DNA of 64,000 bases from Candidatus Zixiibacteriota bacterium (GCA_046542255.1 JBKHBT010000005.1:13593-77592), one strand, 5' to 3'. Shown: positions 40,501 to 50,744, counted from the stretch's first letter. A program made the numbers and translations. Notes: generated by a model not told the origin, from the letters alone.

Positions 40501-43230
40501 ATCCGTATTGACTTCAGAAATATCGATTGTTCCACCATCTTCAATTGTAATTTCATTTGTAGTAGCATTGTAAGAAATTATCTGGTCATCTGTACCAACG
40601 GCATCGGGTGCTATCCATTCGAAATTACTACCGGTGCTAGCAAGTATATTGCCAGCGGTTCCACCTTCATTAAGATTATTCTGAAGCTGTCCATAGATCT
40701 TTGTATTTCCATTTTCTCTTACAGTGAAAATTTCATCTGCCGTAGCATCGTGTTTGATATTGAATGTGCTACCAGTTCCAGAGCCATCCGAGTCGATAAT
40801 TATATCGATACCGCTTGTTCCGCTAATATCGAAATTATTATCTGCACTAAATGTTCTGCCATCACCAGTAAGTGTGAGATTGCCATCGAATACACCATTG
40901 CCATCTGCCCAAAGGTTGCCGCCTTCAGTTACATTGAAGACTTCTGTGTTGTGCCCATTGTGAATACGGAAACTTGCAGAACCGCTGTTGTCATTATCCA
41001 GTCGAACTTTAAGATCATGCGTGCTACTAAGTTGTAACATCGAGCTTGTTCCTGGGTTACCATAAATGGTGCCAGAAGCAACCTCAAGATCTGAAGCTAT
41101 ATTAAGAATTCCATCACCATCGGTGATCGATGTACCACCAGCATCATTGCCGGATGTTAGAACTTCGGCAAGAGTTTGATCATCTGTTCCAGCATTATCC
41201 AATTCAGCGAGGTCGATATCCCAAATAGTGCCGGCTTCGGTAATGCTGAGTGTATGTGTACCATGTGTATAGCTTGCAGCAGTAATTATTTCATTATCAT
41301 CTGCCATATCACCGTCTGCAGCGATATGTTCATCTATTGCGGCCTGGACATTTGTTGCAGTTAGGTCAGATGTTGTATTATCGTATGGTACATCTGCGGC
41401 ATCGACCTGATCGGCTCCAGAACCCCAGTCTATATCGGAAGCTTGAACCGCGTCGTCTGTAATTGTTGGGTTTGGATATGTTCCAGTAAGGTCTCCGCCT
41501 GCTGCCTCACCATCATCGATGTAATTTGTGCTTACCCAGGCAGCATCTACTGCTATATCATCACTATTGACTGTAATACCAGTTCCTGCGCCGATATCTA
41601 AACTGATATCTGTATCGGCACCAGGAAGTATATCATCTGCGCCACCTGTTAAACCATCACCTGCGACCAGATCGCCATTTTGTGTTAGAGAAACATCCAC
41701 GGTACCAGTAGTCGGTGATACGACAATTGGTGCAGTTCCCGTAACTTCATTGACTCCACCGATAACTGATGGACTAGTCCACTCAAAGCCTCCGGATGCA
41801 TTGTCATAACTCAAAACATAATTATCTTCGGATGCTGTTCCATGAGATAGCATCTTAAGATCGATCTCTTCGATAGTTCCATCTAAGATTTCAGTAGATT
41901 CTATTGTTTGGCCGAGAACAGAGATTTCACCATTTGAATTTGGCAAGGTATATTCGACATCGGTCGCGAAAGAAGCATTCTGGAAAGTTGCGAATGTAGA
42001 TGCACCAGTAGGAATTCTAATACTTCCATCATCATCGATGCGTAGATTTTCATTTGCTACCCACGCACTTGTTCCACTGTCCCAATGTAGGGCAGCTCCG
42101 TCATTGGTAGCCGAAGGTAATACATCGCCATAGGCTTCATCGATTTCGCCTATTGCTTCATAGACATTGTCGATACCACCAACAATATTGTAACCATCAC
42201 CACCGGGATCGGGGAATGTTGTGGGTGCAGTTGCACCAACAGCCTCAGATAAACTAACAAGGCCCCAGGGCGAAGCACCTAAACCAATTTGGTAATCACC
42301 GCTAGCTTCAACGGCTACTTCTGCATTCTCTCCAACACGAAATATACCATTGTCATCACCATCATGAATCATAAAATTCTCTATTGCAGCATCCGTGTCT
42401 CTGTCTAATTGTATATGAACACCTTGATTAGAGTAAATCCTGGCATCGCTATTAATCCATAAGTCGCCTTCGCTTCGTATTGCAGGGCCGGCTCCAGCAT
42501 TTTCTGCATGTATAGCAGCGAAATTATCCGGGTCTTGCTGATTCACATATAGCCCTCTATAGCCTGTTCCAGAAGATTCATCATTTGGTATGGTAATAGT
42601 AACAGGGCCTGAATCATCGATATTTATTGTTTCACCAGCATTATAGGCATCATTCAATGATATCGATGATGACACTGTCGTTATTGCAGCATCGAGATCG
42701 GCTAAGGCATCATGTACATTTTCTGATTCTGTGTCAATATATGAAGATGATACAAACTCGGTGAGTGGAACTTCTGTATCATTGGGGTCTCCACCACCGC
42801 CGCCTGTGTGGACATTGATCAGAACCTTGAATTCTGAGCCTCCTGAATTCTCTAATGCTGTACCTAAAACGAATCCATCGGGATTATTGTCTAAATCTGT
42901 GACTTTGCCCAAAGGCGCAGTAACGATTTTATCGCCGGGTGCAATTGCAATAGACCCATATTCATCAGAAGGCCTTACCGTAACAATACCACTTGCTGCG
43001 ACAAGATATCTATCCGATGCACCATCTACCGAAGAGACAGAAATAATAATTCCAACAGGAATATCATCTGCGCCACAAGTATCGATAACAAATGCACTTT
43101 CCAGTTTGACAACCGCACCGAGGTCTAAATCATAAGTATCGCTTCCGGTAAAAGGATTTCGCATTATCTGGCCAAATGCTAAAGAGGCCAGAAGTATCAA
43201 AATAAATATAATTACTCTTGAATTCTTCAT
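37507..43230 (-). CDS. Giant secreted acidic tail-fibre-like repeat protein (putative trimeric adhesin/filament)
   Basis: Signal peptide; D/G/T/S-rich; repeats GGDLxGTYPNPT (x2), DADPxNE[LI]Q (x3), DDQ[NT][IL] (x4), W.W.GS.WTLVDA (x2); distinct N- and C-terminal globular domains. Confidence 0.8.
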   Translation of the reverse strand: MKNSRVIIFILILLASLAFGQIMRNPFTGSDTYDLDLGAVVKLESAFVIDTCGADDIPVGIIISVSSVDGASDRYLVAASGIVTVRPSDEYGSIAIAPGDKIVTAPLGKVTDLDNNPDGFVLGTALENSGGSEFKVLINVHTGGGGGDPNDTEVPLTEFVSSSYIDTESENVHDALADLDAAITTVSSSISLNDAYNAGETINIDDSGPVTITIPNDESSGTGYRGLYVNQQDPDNFAAIHAENAGAGPAIRSEGDLWINSDARIYSNQGVHIQLDRDTDAAIENFMIHDGDDNGIFRVGENAEVAVEASGDYQIGLGASPWGLVSLSEAVGATAPTTFPDPGGDGYNIVGGIDNVYEAIGEIDEAYGDVLPSATNDGAALHWDSGTSAWVANENLRIDDDGSIRIPTGASTFATFQNASFATDVEYTLPNSNGEISVLGQTIESTEILDGTIEEIDLKMLSHGTASEDNYVLSYDNASGGFEWTSPSVIGGVNEVTGTAPIVVSPTTGTVDVSLTQNGDLVAGDGLTGGADDILPGADTDISLDIGAGTGITVNSDDIAVDAAWVSTNYIDDGEAAGGDLTGTYPNPTITDDAVQASDIDWGSGADQVDAADVPYDNTTSDLTATNVQAAIDEHIAADGDMADDNEIITAASYTHGTHTLSITEAGTIWDIDLAELDNAGTDDQTLAEVLTSGNDAGGTSITDGDGILNIASDLEVASGTIYGNPGTSSMLQLSSTHDLKVRLDNDNSGSASFRIHNGHNTEVFNVTEGGNLWADGNGVFDGNLTLTGDGRTFSADNNFDISGTSGIDIIIDSDGSGTGSTFNIKHDATADEIFTVRENGNTKIYGQLQNNLNEGGTAGNILASTGSNFEWIAPDAVGTDDQIISYNATTNEITIEDGGTIDISEVNTDEQDLSLSGNTLNITDGSGVDLSPFMDNTDDQNISGSGFDSGTNTLTIGIEDGTSETVDLSVLDNAGTDDQNIQGSGLTGTTLTIGIEDGSNQDVDLSALVDDDDADPSNELQTLSIDGTGHEITLSDGGGTVIIDVDDDDADPTNEIQDIFSSITDGSTTYNASSSTDEITFTGSGDISVSVDASGQVTVDGSAISSSVNTAAPITGDGSSGSPVTIPEATNSNDGYLSSDDHYTFTTVAGWGNHADEGYLTSISTQSEIEGDGSSSSPLGLSDGPSGVSKVYGWDGSAWTLVDADFSSGGVGDNWGTQVVETDGSLDGDGAGAGSALSVNWGAANALDASGNINDFSDANDLTASGDIVAGAVGAAELADGSTSGEIWQWNGSSWTLVDASAIGGVTSVSETGTTPLTISPTTGDVEITMIAADGSNDGYLTSSDWNTFNIDNSTTNEAISTLTWEPSGEPNTLRITEGSSSYDVVIPVQEDDITNDNLGDLNDVTIGGLASGHVLKYDGTEWVNAADSDHDDQVDTEVPLTTVTDFTYISAGNVHTGLDELDAQIEANATAISSLESASLSNLTDGNGINDFTYDGSSAASVSVDAGTGITVDGSGVNVNYGITAGTAVQGNETATITAGNGLTGGISDDALGNGFSANLEIGDGEGISVETNHIDVNVDGTSITIDGSDNLSVIGAPPTGTAGGDLNGTYPNPTVDGLQGVTVSSTGPASNQVLKYNGSSWAPGTDNVNDADADPANEIQNLSSSRSGSTVSIEISDGGSGTSFTDEVNDADHVIGNETVTDLIFNTGSGVLTLQQDVGGDVAVDLDGRYAESSTLTGNYVPYTGATEDVNLGSYDLYVDVVHANKVDPTMQIDGQLYVTWMAENIGFWIDIISEGQLENGKFTVDLAQQPEGSDLWIFWRSVAEGTVIPLVTAQDEAILMANVDGSLLTVKAIQGKQDARFSFRLSGKRLDEAQKSPDEINRPEKPTDHFIDLDKYDRKGNLK
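40071..40520 (-). repeat. Intragenic tandem peptide repeats (DDQNISGSG / DDDDADPxNE[LI]Q)
   Basis: Near-duplicate DNA, e.g. gggtcggcatcgtcatcatcgac (~40072) and gggtcagcatcgtcatcatcgac (~40181). Confidence 0.7.
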
Positions 43231-43880
43231 TTCTTGCTCCCTGTATTATTGATTTCTATTATCTGAAGATTTCTTTCATTAACCAAAGCCCTGTAACTCG
43301 AAGCATCGATGCGATATTCTATCGAGTATTGGTGAGATCCTTCGGTGGGTGTATCGGTATAGTTAAGCGCAATTGTCATATCATGATAAAATGCAGTATT
43401 AGTCTGAAGATTTACAGTACGAGAAGTAAGTTTTTTATCATCTCTGACAAGGCGAATAGTAACTTCAGGCCCTAAATAACCCGGTACCTTGTCAGATATA
43501 TTGCAACTAAAATTGATAAAAATAATACTATTGTTATCAGAATTTTGATCGATTGTAATTTCCATGTCATTTAATTTTGTCCATGAAGTTTCCGAAAGAA
43601 TCACATCGTCATCTGCATTTACCCAATCTGCAAAGCCAGTAAATAGATTTTGAAGATTTCTGGTATTATCGAATGTCATGTCGATTGTTTCTTTCGATGT
43701 AGAAATCGGTGAATCCTCGAATCGCAAATCTCGATTGAATTCATTTTGGGAAGTACCAATTTCAATATTATTCAATTGTGTGGCATAACTTGCCAAAACA
43801 ATCAATAAGATTAAGACATTTAGATATTTAGTTCTCAATTTAACCACCTTTTTATACAATTCAGAAAGTTTCTTTTTCAT
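43227..43880 (-). CDS. Hypothetical exported protein with beta-sandwich-like C-terminus, translationally coupled to the giant fibre gene
   Basis: Hydrophobic N-terminal segment (LNVLILLIVLASYA); its stop overlaps the next start (ATGA at 43227-43230). Confidence 0.7.
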   Translation of the reverse strand: MKKKLSELYKKVVKLRTKYLNVLILLIVLASYATQLNNIEIGTSQNEFNRDLRFEDSPISTSKETIDMTFDNTRNLQNLFTGFADWVNADDDVILSETSWTKLNDMEITIDQNSDNNSIIFINFSCNISDKVPGYLGPEVTIRLVRDDKKLTSRTVNLQTNTAFYHDMTIALNYTDTPTEGSHQYSIEYRIDASSYRALVNERNLQIIEINNTGSKK

Positions 43881-44256
43881 TATATATATTACAGTAAGAT
43901 TTCTAATTGTCGAGTTTTTTTTTCATTTTAATCACTATTAAGAAAAGCAATTTAAGCAGGAAAAATAAGATTAAATGTACATTAATACCATTCCAATATC
44001 CTTATCAGCATTGGTCTTATTTAAAAAAAGAATTTTAAAACTAATAAAACCTGGTTTCTTGCTTTAAATTGCCAGATCTTTTTCCAATGTGTAGATTATA
44101 GCTAATTATTGTTATTAAGTCAAGCTAAAATCAGTCAGTATATTGGTTTTTTTCTCTTTCAGGTTAATATTAATTAAGTTGTAATTATTTATTTTTTTAT
44201 CCTTTTTCTAATCAAATATTCTATTATATTTTTCTTTTGGCTAAAAAGGAGGAAAT

Positions 44257-45915
44257 ATGCTGAGCAAACATATGCCATTAGAGACAAAAGCGTGGAAAAA
44301 ATTAGAAGAAATTCACGAAAAGAAGTTGACTATCCACATGAAAGATCTTTTCAGTAAAGATGGAAGTCGGTTTGAAAAATTTTCGATAGAATTCGAAAAT
44401 ATTTTTATCGATTACTCCAAGAATATTATAGATAAGGAAGTTCTGGATGCGCTTTTCGACCTTGCAGAGGAAATGAATTTGAAGGACTCTATCGAAAAGA
44501 TGTTTACTGGCGACAAAATCAATGAAACCGAGGGCCGTGCAGTACTTCATACCGCACTTCGCAATTTCTCTGGGAATCCCGTATATGTCGATGGCGAGAA
44601 TATCATGCCGAATGTGAAAAAAGTCAATAAACAAATGAAAGAGTTTACTGATAATCTTCATTCAGGAGCATGGAAAGGCTATACTGGCAAGAAAATAACC
44701 GATATAATAAATATCGGAATAGGCGGCTCCGACCTTGGGCCTTACATGGTTACAGAAGCTCTGAAGCCATATCAAAAAGAAGATATCGATGTCCATTTTG
44801 TGTCGAATGTAGATGGTACACACATTGCCGAGACATTGAAAAAAATCAACCCGGAGACTTCGCTTTTTCTAATTGCATCTAAATCCTTCACAACACAGGA
44901 AACAATGACCAATGCCAATACTGCAAGACAATGGTTTCTCGATTCTGCCAAAGATAAAAAATTTATTGCAAAGCATTTCATAGCGATTTCTACGAATGAA
45001 AAAGGCGTGGCTGAATTCGGAATCGACACCGACAATATGTTCGTGTTTTGGGATTGGGTCGGTGGAAGATATTCACTATGGTCGGCTATTGGCCTTTCGA
45101 TTTCCCTTGCAATCGGCTATGATAATTTCGAAAAACTATTAAAGGGTGCATATAAAATGGATATGCATTTCAGATCGCAGCCTTTTGAAAATAATATCCC
45201 CATTATACTAGCTTTGATTGGAATATGGTATAATAATTTCTTCGATGCCGAGTCACATGCAATTTTGCCTTATGATCAATATATGCACCGTTTCGCTGCC
45301 TATTTCCAGCAGGGTGATATGGAATCCAATGGCAAATCCATCGGCCGAGATGGCGAAATAATAGATTATCAAACTGGCCCAATAATCTGGGGAGAACCCG
45401 GAACCAATGGACAACATGCATTCTACCAGCTAATCCATCAGGGCACAAAGCTAATCCCATGTGATTTCCTTGCGCCGGCAATTAGCCATAACCCAATTGG
45501 CGACCATCATAAAAAATTGCTATCGAATTTCTTCGCACAGACCGAAGCTCTTATGAATGGCAAAGAAAAATGCGAAGTAATAGAAGAAATGAAAACCGAA
45601 GGCAAAAGCAAAAAACAAATCGAAATGCTTGCTTCATATAGAACTTTCGAAGGAAACAGGCCGACAAATTCGGTTTTATTTGAGAAACTCACGCCAGAGA
45701 CACTCGGCAGCCTTATTGCCATGTATGAACACAAGATTTTCGTACAGGGCGTGATTTGGAATATCTTCAGCTTCGACCAATGGGGAGTCGAGCTTGGGAA
45801 AAAACTCGCCAGAGCAATTCTACCCGAGCTGGAAAAATCCCAAAAAATCGAAAGCCACGATAGTTCGACCAATGGACTTATTAATAAGTACTTTCTATAT
45901 CGCAAAAATTCATGA
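44257..45915 (+). CDS. pgi: Glucose-6-phosphate isomerase
   Basis: [85 protein letters not shown]. Confidence 0.98.
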   Translation: MLSKHMPLETKAWKKLEEIHEKKLTIHMKDLFSKDGSRFEKFSIEFENIFIDYSKNIIDKEVLDALFDLAEEMNLKDSIEKMFTGDKINETEGRAVLHTALRNFSGNPVYVDGENIMPNVKKVNKQMKEFTDNLHSGAWKGYTGKKITDIINIGIGGSDLGPYMVTEALKPYQKEDIDVHFVSNVDGTHIAETLKKINPETSLFLIASKSFTTQETMTNANTARQWFLDSAKDKKFIAKHFIAISTNEKGVAEFGIDTDNMFVFWDWVGGRYSLWSAIGLSISLAIGYDNFEKLLKGAYKMDMHFRSQPFENNIPIILALIGIWYNNFFDAESHAILPYDQYMHRFAAYFQQGDMESNGKSIGRDGEIIDYQTGPIIWGEPGTNGQHAFYQLIHQGTKLIPCDFLAPAISHNPIGDHHKKLLSNFFAQTEALMNGKEKCEVIEEMKTEGKSKKQIEMLASYRTFEGNRPTNSVLFEKLTPETLGSLIAMYEHKIFVQGVIWNIFSFDQWGVELGKKLARAILPELEKSQKIESHDSSTNGLINKYFLYRKNS

Positions 45916-46014
45916 TCACCATGGTGTCTGAGCGAAGTCGAAGCCATAAAAAAATTGCAGCAAAAATAATCCATTTAGATATTTCGAGTAAAAGCAAAGA
46001 TTTTTTCAAAAGCC

Positions 46015-49000
46015 TCATTTGATATAAAGCGCCCGTGAAATTATATGCTTCTTTCCATCATTTGCAGATATAATATAGACCCCCGAAGGAAGGTTCTTAT
46101 CAGGATTCCAGACAATGCTGCTTGATTTTCCAGTATTTAGTTCTGTAACTATCCTACCATTGTGATCACGGATTTGGATATTTGCTGAAATGCCGGTTTC
46201 TATGCTAATAGCAGAATTGAATGGATTCGGTGATGTTATCAATAACAGTTGTTCTGGTTTTTCTGCTTTGGCTTCTTGGACTGCTTCGCCTGGATTCCAA
46301 TTTACGCCCCAGTCATATAGATTCGGTTCTTCTTCTCCATCTGCAAAGATATCGGCTCTAAGCCTGATTGTATCGATTTCTGTGGGTAATAAAGCGAGAT
46401 TAATTATTCCTGTTTCACCATCGGTAGTCGCACTTGCAAAGTCGCCCCAGACGCCGCCAGTTTTCACCTGGACAGTTATTATGATCGAATCACCAGCTTC
46501 CTGTGTCCAAAAGGCTCTGTCGAAACCATCGCCTTCTGGATTATCGCTCGATATAATCGGATTTGAAACGATGTATCCATAGTTATCGCCGCTTGTGCCG
46601 ACTTTATAATCATCGTAGAATGTCTGGCAGTAGAATGGGTCTGTCCAGCCGAGATTGAATGTGCCAATTCGAAGCTCTTCGATATTCTCTGGTGCTCCAC
46701 CTGTAAATGGATACGGGCCAAAAACATCTGTTCCATCGATTGTGCAATATATCTCATCTGCCTCACAGTCGAAATCGAGGCGATAGTGATGCCATTCAGC
46801 CGGGTCTATCTCGACAAGATTATGCCTTGATACGCCATCCCACAGAGCCACATAGCCCTCGCGATTGTAAACCTGGCTTTTTCTTTCATCATCTTTGTAC
46901 AATGTGATAATAAATGACTGATCATCTGAATCGGATGTGAGGGACCAACCTTCGATATATCCTGCTTCAAGTGGCTCGAAATTGATATTTACCCATGACA
47001 TTTCTCTCCAGCTATCATCATGTATAAATAAAGACTGATTAGCGGAATGATAGATATCGCGGCTTAGTGAGTAGAATTCTCCCCATGTAGTCCAGAATGA
47101 TTCAAATTCTTCTACAGAATCATATCTCTCGAAATCCTCATCGATAAGTATCATTTCGGCACGAAGAGTCATCTGGTCATGGTCTTCTACGGCATCATAA
47201 TCTTCCGCATTTGTAAATTGCTGGCCAGTAGTCTGATACCATGAAGCTACCGAGTCATCGCTGCCTATCGTAAAGCTCCTTGGATGAGTCCAATTGCTAT
47301 ATGTAATACCGTCATAGGCTCTAACCCGCCACCAGTATGTGCCATCTTCCAGCGGTGTTTCGAAATTGAAAGATATCGCCTCGCCAGTTCCTTCTTCGAC
47401 CGGGAAAGCGCCGCCAGTGAAACCAATAGCACTTTCATCGGTTCTAAAGATAGCGATCGGATCGCCAAAATCGGCGCTATCATCATATTCTAAGACGAAA
47501 TGCAAATCATGGCCATCGCCATCTTCTGGAACCTGCCAGATTAATTCAGGTTGTGGATCGTCTATTCTGGCATTGTCGAAAAGCCAGTTGGAATATATCG
47601 GCGCTTCCGGCCTGTCATTTGGGATTCCTTCGGAAATATCGCCCGACATTACAAGTGCAAATCTCTGTGGGCTATGAGCAATTCTGGAAGCTTCGACAGT
47701 AACCACAATCAATGCGCCCGGGACAGGATCGAGCCAAACCACCTCATCACGGTTTATTCTATCGGCCGAACCTCCAGTAATTGACCTTGCACCCGATGAA
47801 GCAAATACATTGCCTCGATAGACATTGTCTTCGATAGACACAATAAGATCCAGGTCATTTACGCCGGGTGTTCCCGCTGCCGGAGAACCGGGATAATCGC
47901 TATATGAGAGTACAATTTTGATTGGCTGGGTTTCGGATTCACCGCATTGGACATAGAAATCACGTATATCTCCAGTAGAATTGAAACCTGTTATCTCATC
48001 ATGTACCATTAGCTTTCTTTCATCGGTGCCATAATCATCATCGAAATACATGCAATCATCGAGGACAACTCTTCCCCAGCCCTGGCCATTCGAAGGAGCA
48101 TGTTGCACTCCGTCATCGCCAATTTCGCTTATTGTGTATCTTCCTGTCATATTTCTTGTGCCATTTATAAGCATAGCCTTCATGAGCGCGCCAGAAGGAA
48201 ACATTCTATTTTCGATTTGTGGGCTTCCTGTCGGATAGTAGCCTTCCATGAAATATTGTCTTATAAGGGCAGTTAATCCTGCGGCTGTTGGGCAAGCCAT
48301 CGAAGTACCGCCCATTTTGCGAATGCTCGTATGTCCGCCTGAGCCGCCATCGACATTGTCTGCGCTCCAGATATTCCATCCACCAGGAACCGAGATATTT
48401 GGTTTGAGCAAACCTTCATCGGTTGGGCCATGTGAAGAAAATGGAGCCATATTTTCTGGGTCTGCACCATCACCGGAGCCATGTGCGCTCCAATCGCTGC
48501 CACCACTTCCAAAACCAGTCTCGGTAGCTCCCACAGAGACTATATTCTTGGAGCAATTGTATGTAGCAACACGCGCAGGCGATGAGCCATTATTATCATT
48601 TCCAGCAGCAAATAAAATGATGAAATCCTGGTAGAAATACATAAATTCATCGCATTCTTGAGCATTGGAATTATAATAGTTTGGCCGCGAACTACCATAG
48701 GAATTAGAATGAATAAAAGCGCCACAATTTCTAGCATATTGGAACATTGTATTCATATCGGTCGGCGTATAGATTCCCGATGTACCATCAGCACCATCGG
48801 TGACAACCAGTCGGCATAAAGGTGCCATTCCATCGGCGGCATCATATATACCGTCCATTGGGTCATTGGCGTAATTGTTTCCACCTATCGATCCACCAAC
48901 GTGGGTTCCGTGGCCATGCATTTCTTCATCGATATCATCGAAATCGCCCATATCGATTCCGCCGTAATTATAGGCTCTAATTTTGCGATGGTAAGTATCT

Positions 49001-50085
49001 CCAGGCGTGGACCATCCAACCTGTTTGGGAACCTCGACTCCAGCATCGTAGAAAAAAGCAGAATTAGTATCCAGGCCGCTATCGCAGAATCCTACAATCT
49101 GATCCTGGCCATAAATTCCTCTTCGATAAACCGGCACATGTTCATAATCGACAACCATCTGGGCAGAAAGATCGGCGCCGCCGATACCATGACGCATTCC
49201 CTCGAAATTATAGGATTGTGTAATCCACCTCGACCAGTCATTAACGGGATAATCGGGATAGTAGCGTTCCACCCATTCTGTACCTTCGTAATTGGCGGCA
49301 GTGATAGCAATTTCATTGGCCATTTTCGGTTGAATACGCAGTTTTATAAATTCGTGATGAGCTCCTTTTGTCGAGTCTATTATTATTGCGCCTTGCTGCG
49401 AAAGCAACTCGGCAAGAGCTTGATAATCATCATCCTGGAATACCTGTATTTTAATGCCGATAAGGCCATCGTCTTCATCGCTTTCTTGTTTGTTTTGGGC
49501 AAGAGCTGGCAGAACTCTCAATGATGGTACAAGCGGCCCAGTCCATACCACTTGCTCCAAAGACTCGACATCTTCGAGTGATTTTTTAGGAAGCCTATAA
49601 ATCCAGGCATCATTGGGGACATAGTAAAATCGCGCAGGATAAAAATCACCGGAGACTCTGGAAGCAATATCGAGAATTTCATCCAAATCTTCCTGAGCAT
49701 ATCCGGGAGCCAGCTTAACTATATAGTAACCGAAATCTCTTTCAAAGCCATTGTATCCTAGTTCATCTATGAAAGTAGGGTCGAATAGCTTATTTTGTTC
49801 TTTTATATTGTATGCACCAGCACGGAACCAGATAATATTATCATCAGAAAGCATTTGATTGGTAATATTTACTGTCTTTGGATTTGCCAGATCTTTTATA
49901 TTGCCAAAAGATAATTTTGCGATTAATATCATGGCAATACCAAGCACGATAATAAGGACGTGGCGAAGGCTGTAACCATAAATATTTTCTATTATTTTTG
50001 CGTGAGAAATATAACGTTTCCCACCATTTGAATAGCTTTTTTCTTTTGAAGATAAAATTGCATTTTGATCGAAATCCTGCTTCAT
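46015..50085 (-). CDS. Secreted S8 subtilase (KP-43/TagC-like) with T9SS type A-like C-terminal domain
   Basis: Triad GFCDSG (Asp), HGHGTHVGG (His), GGTSMACP (Ser); FAAGND; QGWGRV; beta-sandwich tail; TSPNPFN...SGVYII...ALYIK. The true start may be downstream of 50085. Confidence 0.9.
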   Translation of the reverse strand: MKQDFDQNAILSSKEKSYSNGGKRYISHAKIIENIYGYSLRHVLIIVLGIAMILIAKLSFGNIKDLANPKTVNITNQMLSDDNIIWFRAGAYNIKEQNKLFDPTFIDELGYNGFERDFGYYIVKLAPGYAQEDLDEILDIASRVSGDFYPARFYYVPNDAWIYRLPKKSLEDVESLEQVVWTGPLVPSLRVLPALAQNKQESDEDDGLIGIKIQVFQDDDYQALAELLSQQGAIIIDSTKGAHHEFIKLRIQPKMANEIAITAANYEGTEWVERYYPDYPVNDWSRWITQSYNFEGMRHGIGGADLSAQMVVDYEHVPVYRRGIYGQDQIVGFCDSGLDTNSAFFYDAGVEVPKQVGWSTPGDTYHRKIRAYNYGGIDMGDFDDIDEEMHGHGTHVGGSIGGNNYANDPMDGIYDAADGMAPLCRLVVTDGADGTSGIYTPTDMNTMFQYARNCGAFIHSNSYGSSRPNYYNSNAQECDEFMYFYQDFIILFAAGNDNNGSSPARVATYNCSKNIVSVGATETGFGSGGSDWSAHGSGDGADPENMAPFSSHGPTDEGLLKPNISVPGGWNIWSADNVDGGSGGHTSIRKMGGTSMACPTAAGLTALIRQYFMEGYYPTGSPQIENRMFPSGALMKAMLINGTRNMTGRYTISEIGDDGVQHAPSNGQGWGRVVLDDCMYFDDDYGTDERKLMVHDEITGFNSTGDIRDFYVQCGESETQPIKIVLSYSDYPGSPAAGTPGVNDLDLIVSIEDNVYRGNVFASSGARSITGGSADRINRDEVVWLDPVPGALIVVTVEASRIAHSPQRFALVMSGDISEGIPNDRPEAPIYSNWLFDNARIDDPQPELIWQVPEDGDGHDLHFVLEYDDSADFGDPIAIFRTDESAIGFTGGAFPVEEGTGEAISFNFETPLEDGTYWWRVRAYDGITYSNWTHPRSFTIGSDDSVASWYQTTGQQFTNAEDYDAVEDHDQMTLRAEMILIDEDFERYDSVEEFESFWTTWGEFYSLSRDIYHSANQSLFIHDDSWREMSWVNINFEPLEAGYIEGWSLTSDSDDQSFIITLYKDDERKSQVYNREGYVALWDGVSRHNLVEIDPAEWHHYRLDFDCEADEIYCTIDGTDVFGPYPFTGGAPENIEELRIGTFNLGWTDPFYCQTFYDDYKVGTSGDNYGYIVSNPIISSDNPEGDGFDRAFWTQEAGDSIIITVQVKTGGVWGDFASATTDGETGIINLALLPTEIDTIRLRADIFADGEEEPNLYDWGVNWNPGEAVQEAKAEKPEQLLLITSPNPFNSAISIETGISANIQIRDHNGRIVTELNTGKSSSIVWNPDKNLPSGVYIISANDGKKHIISRALYIK

Positions 50086-50293
50086 ATTTTTCCTTTCGGC
50101 ATTTAGCCACTGAATAATAAAACAAATCGATCAAAATAACCTATAGAATTCTCCTTGCCGGTACCATTCTAATTTCATCACCCATTACAATTTAGTAAAA
50201 ATTTCAAATTTAAGAAAGTAAAACTTTTTAAATATCAATCTTTTCTACCATATAACTTAGAATCGACCAATTGTTTATTCCCTATCGGCATTT

Positions 50294-50357
50294 TGTTGAT
50301 AACTTGTTGAAAAACTATTGATAACATATTGAAAAGCGTTTAATAATCTGTGGTTAA
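50294..50357 (-). promoter_or_regulatory. Phased array of six DnaA-box-like 9-mers (11-bp period)
   Basis: Plus strand TGTTGATAA (50294), TGTTGAAAA (50305), TATTGATAA (50316), TATTGAAAA (50327), GTTTAATAA (50338), TGTGGTTAA (50349); the consensus reverse DnaA box is TGTGGATAA. Confidence 0.62.
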
Positions 50358-50516
50358 TTTGAAATTATAATCTCAATAAAGTAAAAATAAAGTAAAAACG
50401 AATCAGTGAAAACGATATTGATATTTACTTTTGAAAAAATTATGCAAATCTTAAGAGAATCGAATTAATACCGATAATTATTTTGGATATTCTTCTGTTT
50501 AGAAGAGGTAATTAAA

Positions 50517-50744
50517 ATGAAAGTTATTCAAGAGAAGAATTTAAAAGGCATGATTTGCCCATATATTATTTTGGAGGTACTGAAAGAAATCTCATTACTC
50601 AAATCTTCCCAATGTATAAAGTTTCATGTGGATGATAGGATGGCACCGGCTGAAATCGAAGAAGAAATAGGTAATGATGATAGTTATAAAATTGAAATAG
50701 TGGAAAAATTCGATACTTGGGAGATTGTGATTTGTTCTCTTTGA
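50517..50744 (+). CDS. TusA/SirA-like sulfurtransferase family protein
   Basis: 75 aa; NLKGMICPY (D-x-x-G-x-x-C-P-type motif), VDD, typical length; GAGG RBS. Confidence 0.7.
   Translation: MKVIQEKNLKGMICPYIILEVLKEISLLKSSQCIKFHVDDRMAPAEIEEEIGNDDSYKIEIVEKFDTWEIVICSL

Noticed and set aside
37507-43230. Diversity-generating retroelement target/template
   Set aside because: No reverse transcriptase, and no ~100-bp repeat pair differing only at adenines was seen.
34641-43880. Prophage or contractile injection system
   Set aside because: No integrase, terminase, capsid, sheath, tube or baseplate genes; the proteins carry export signals.
46109-46118. CAGACAATGC 10-nt match to the element start
   Set aside because: It lies inside the intact S8 gene and lacks the second arm and downstream core; chance match.
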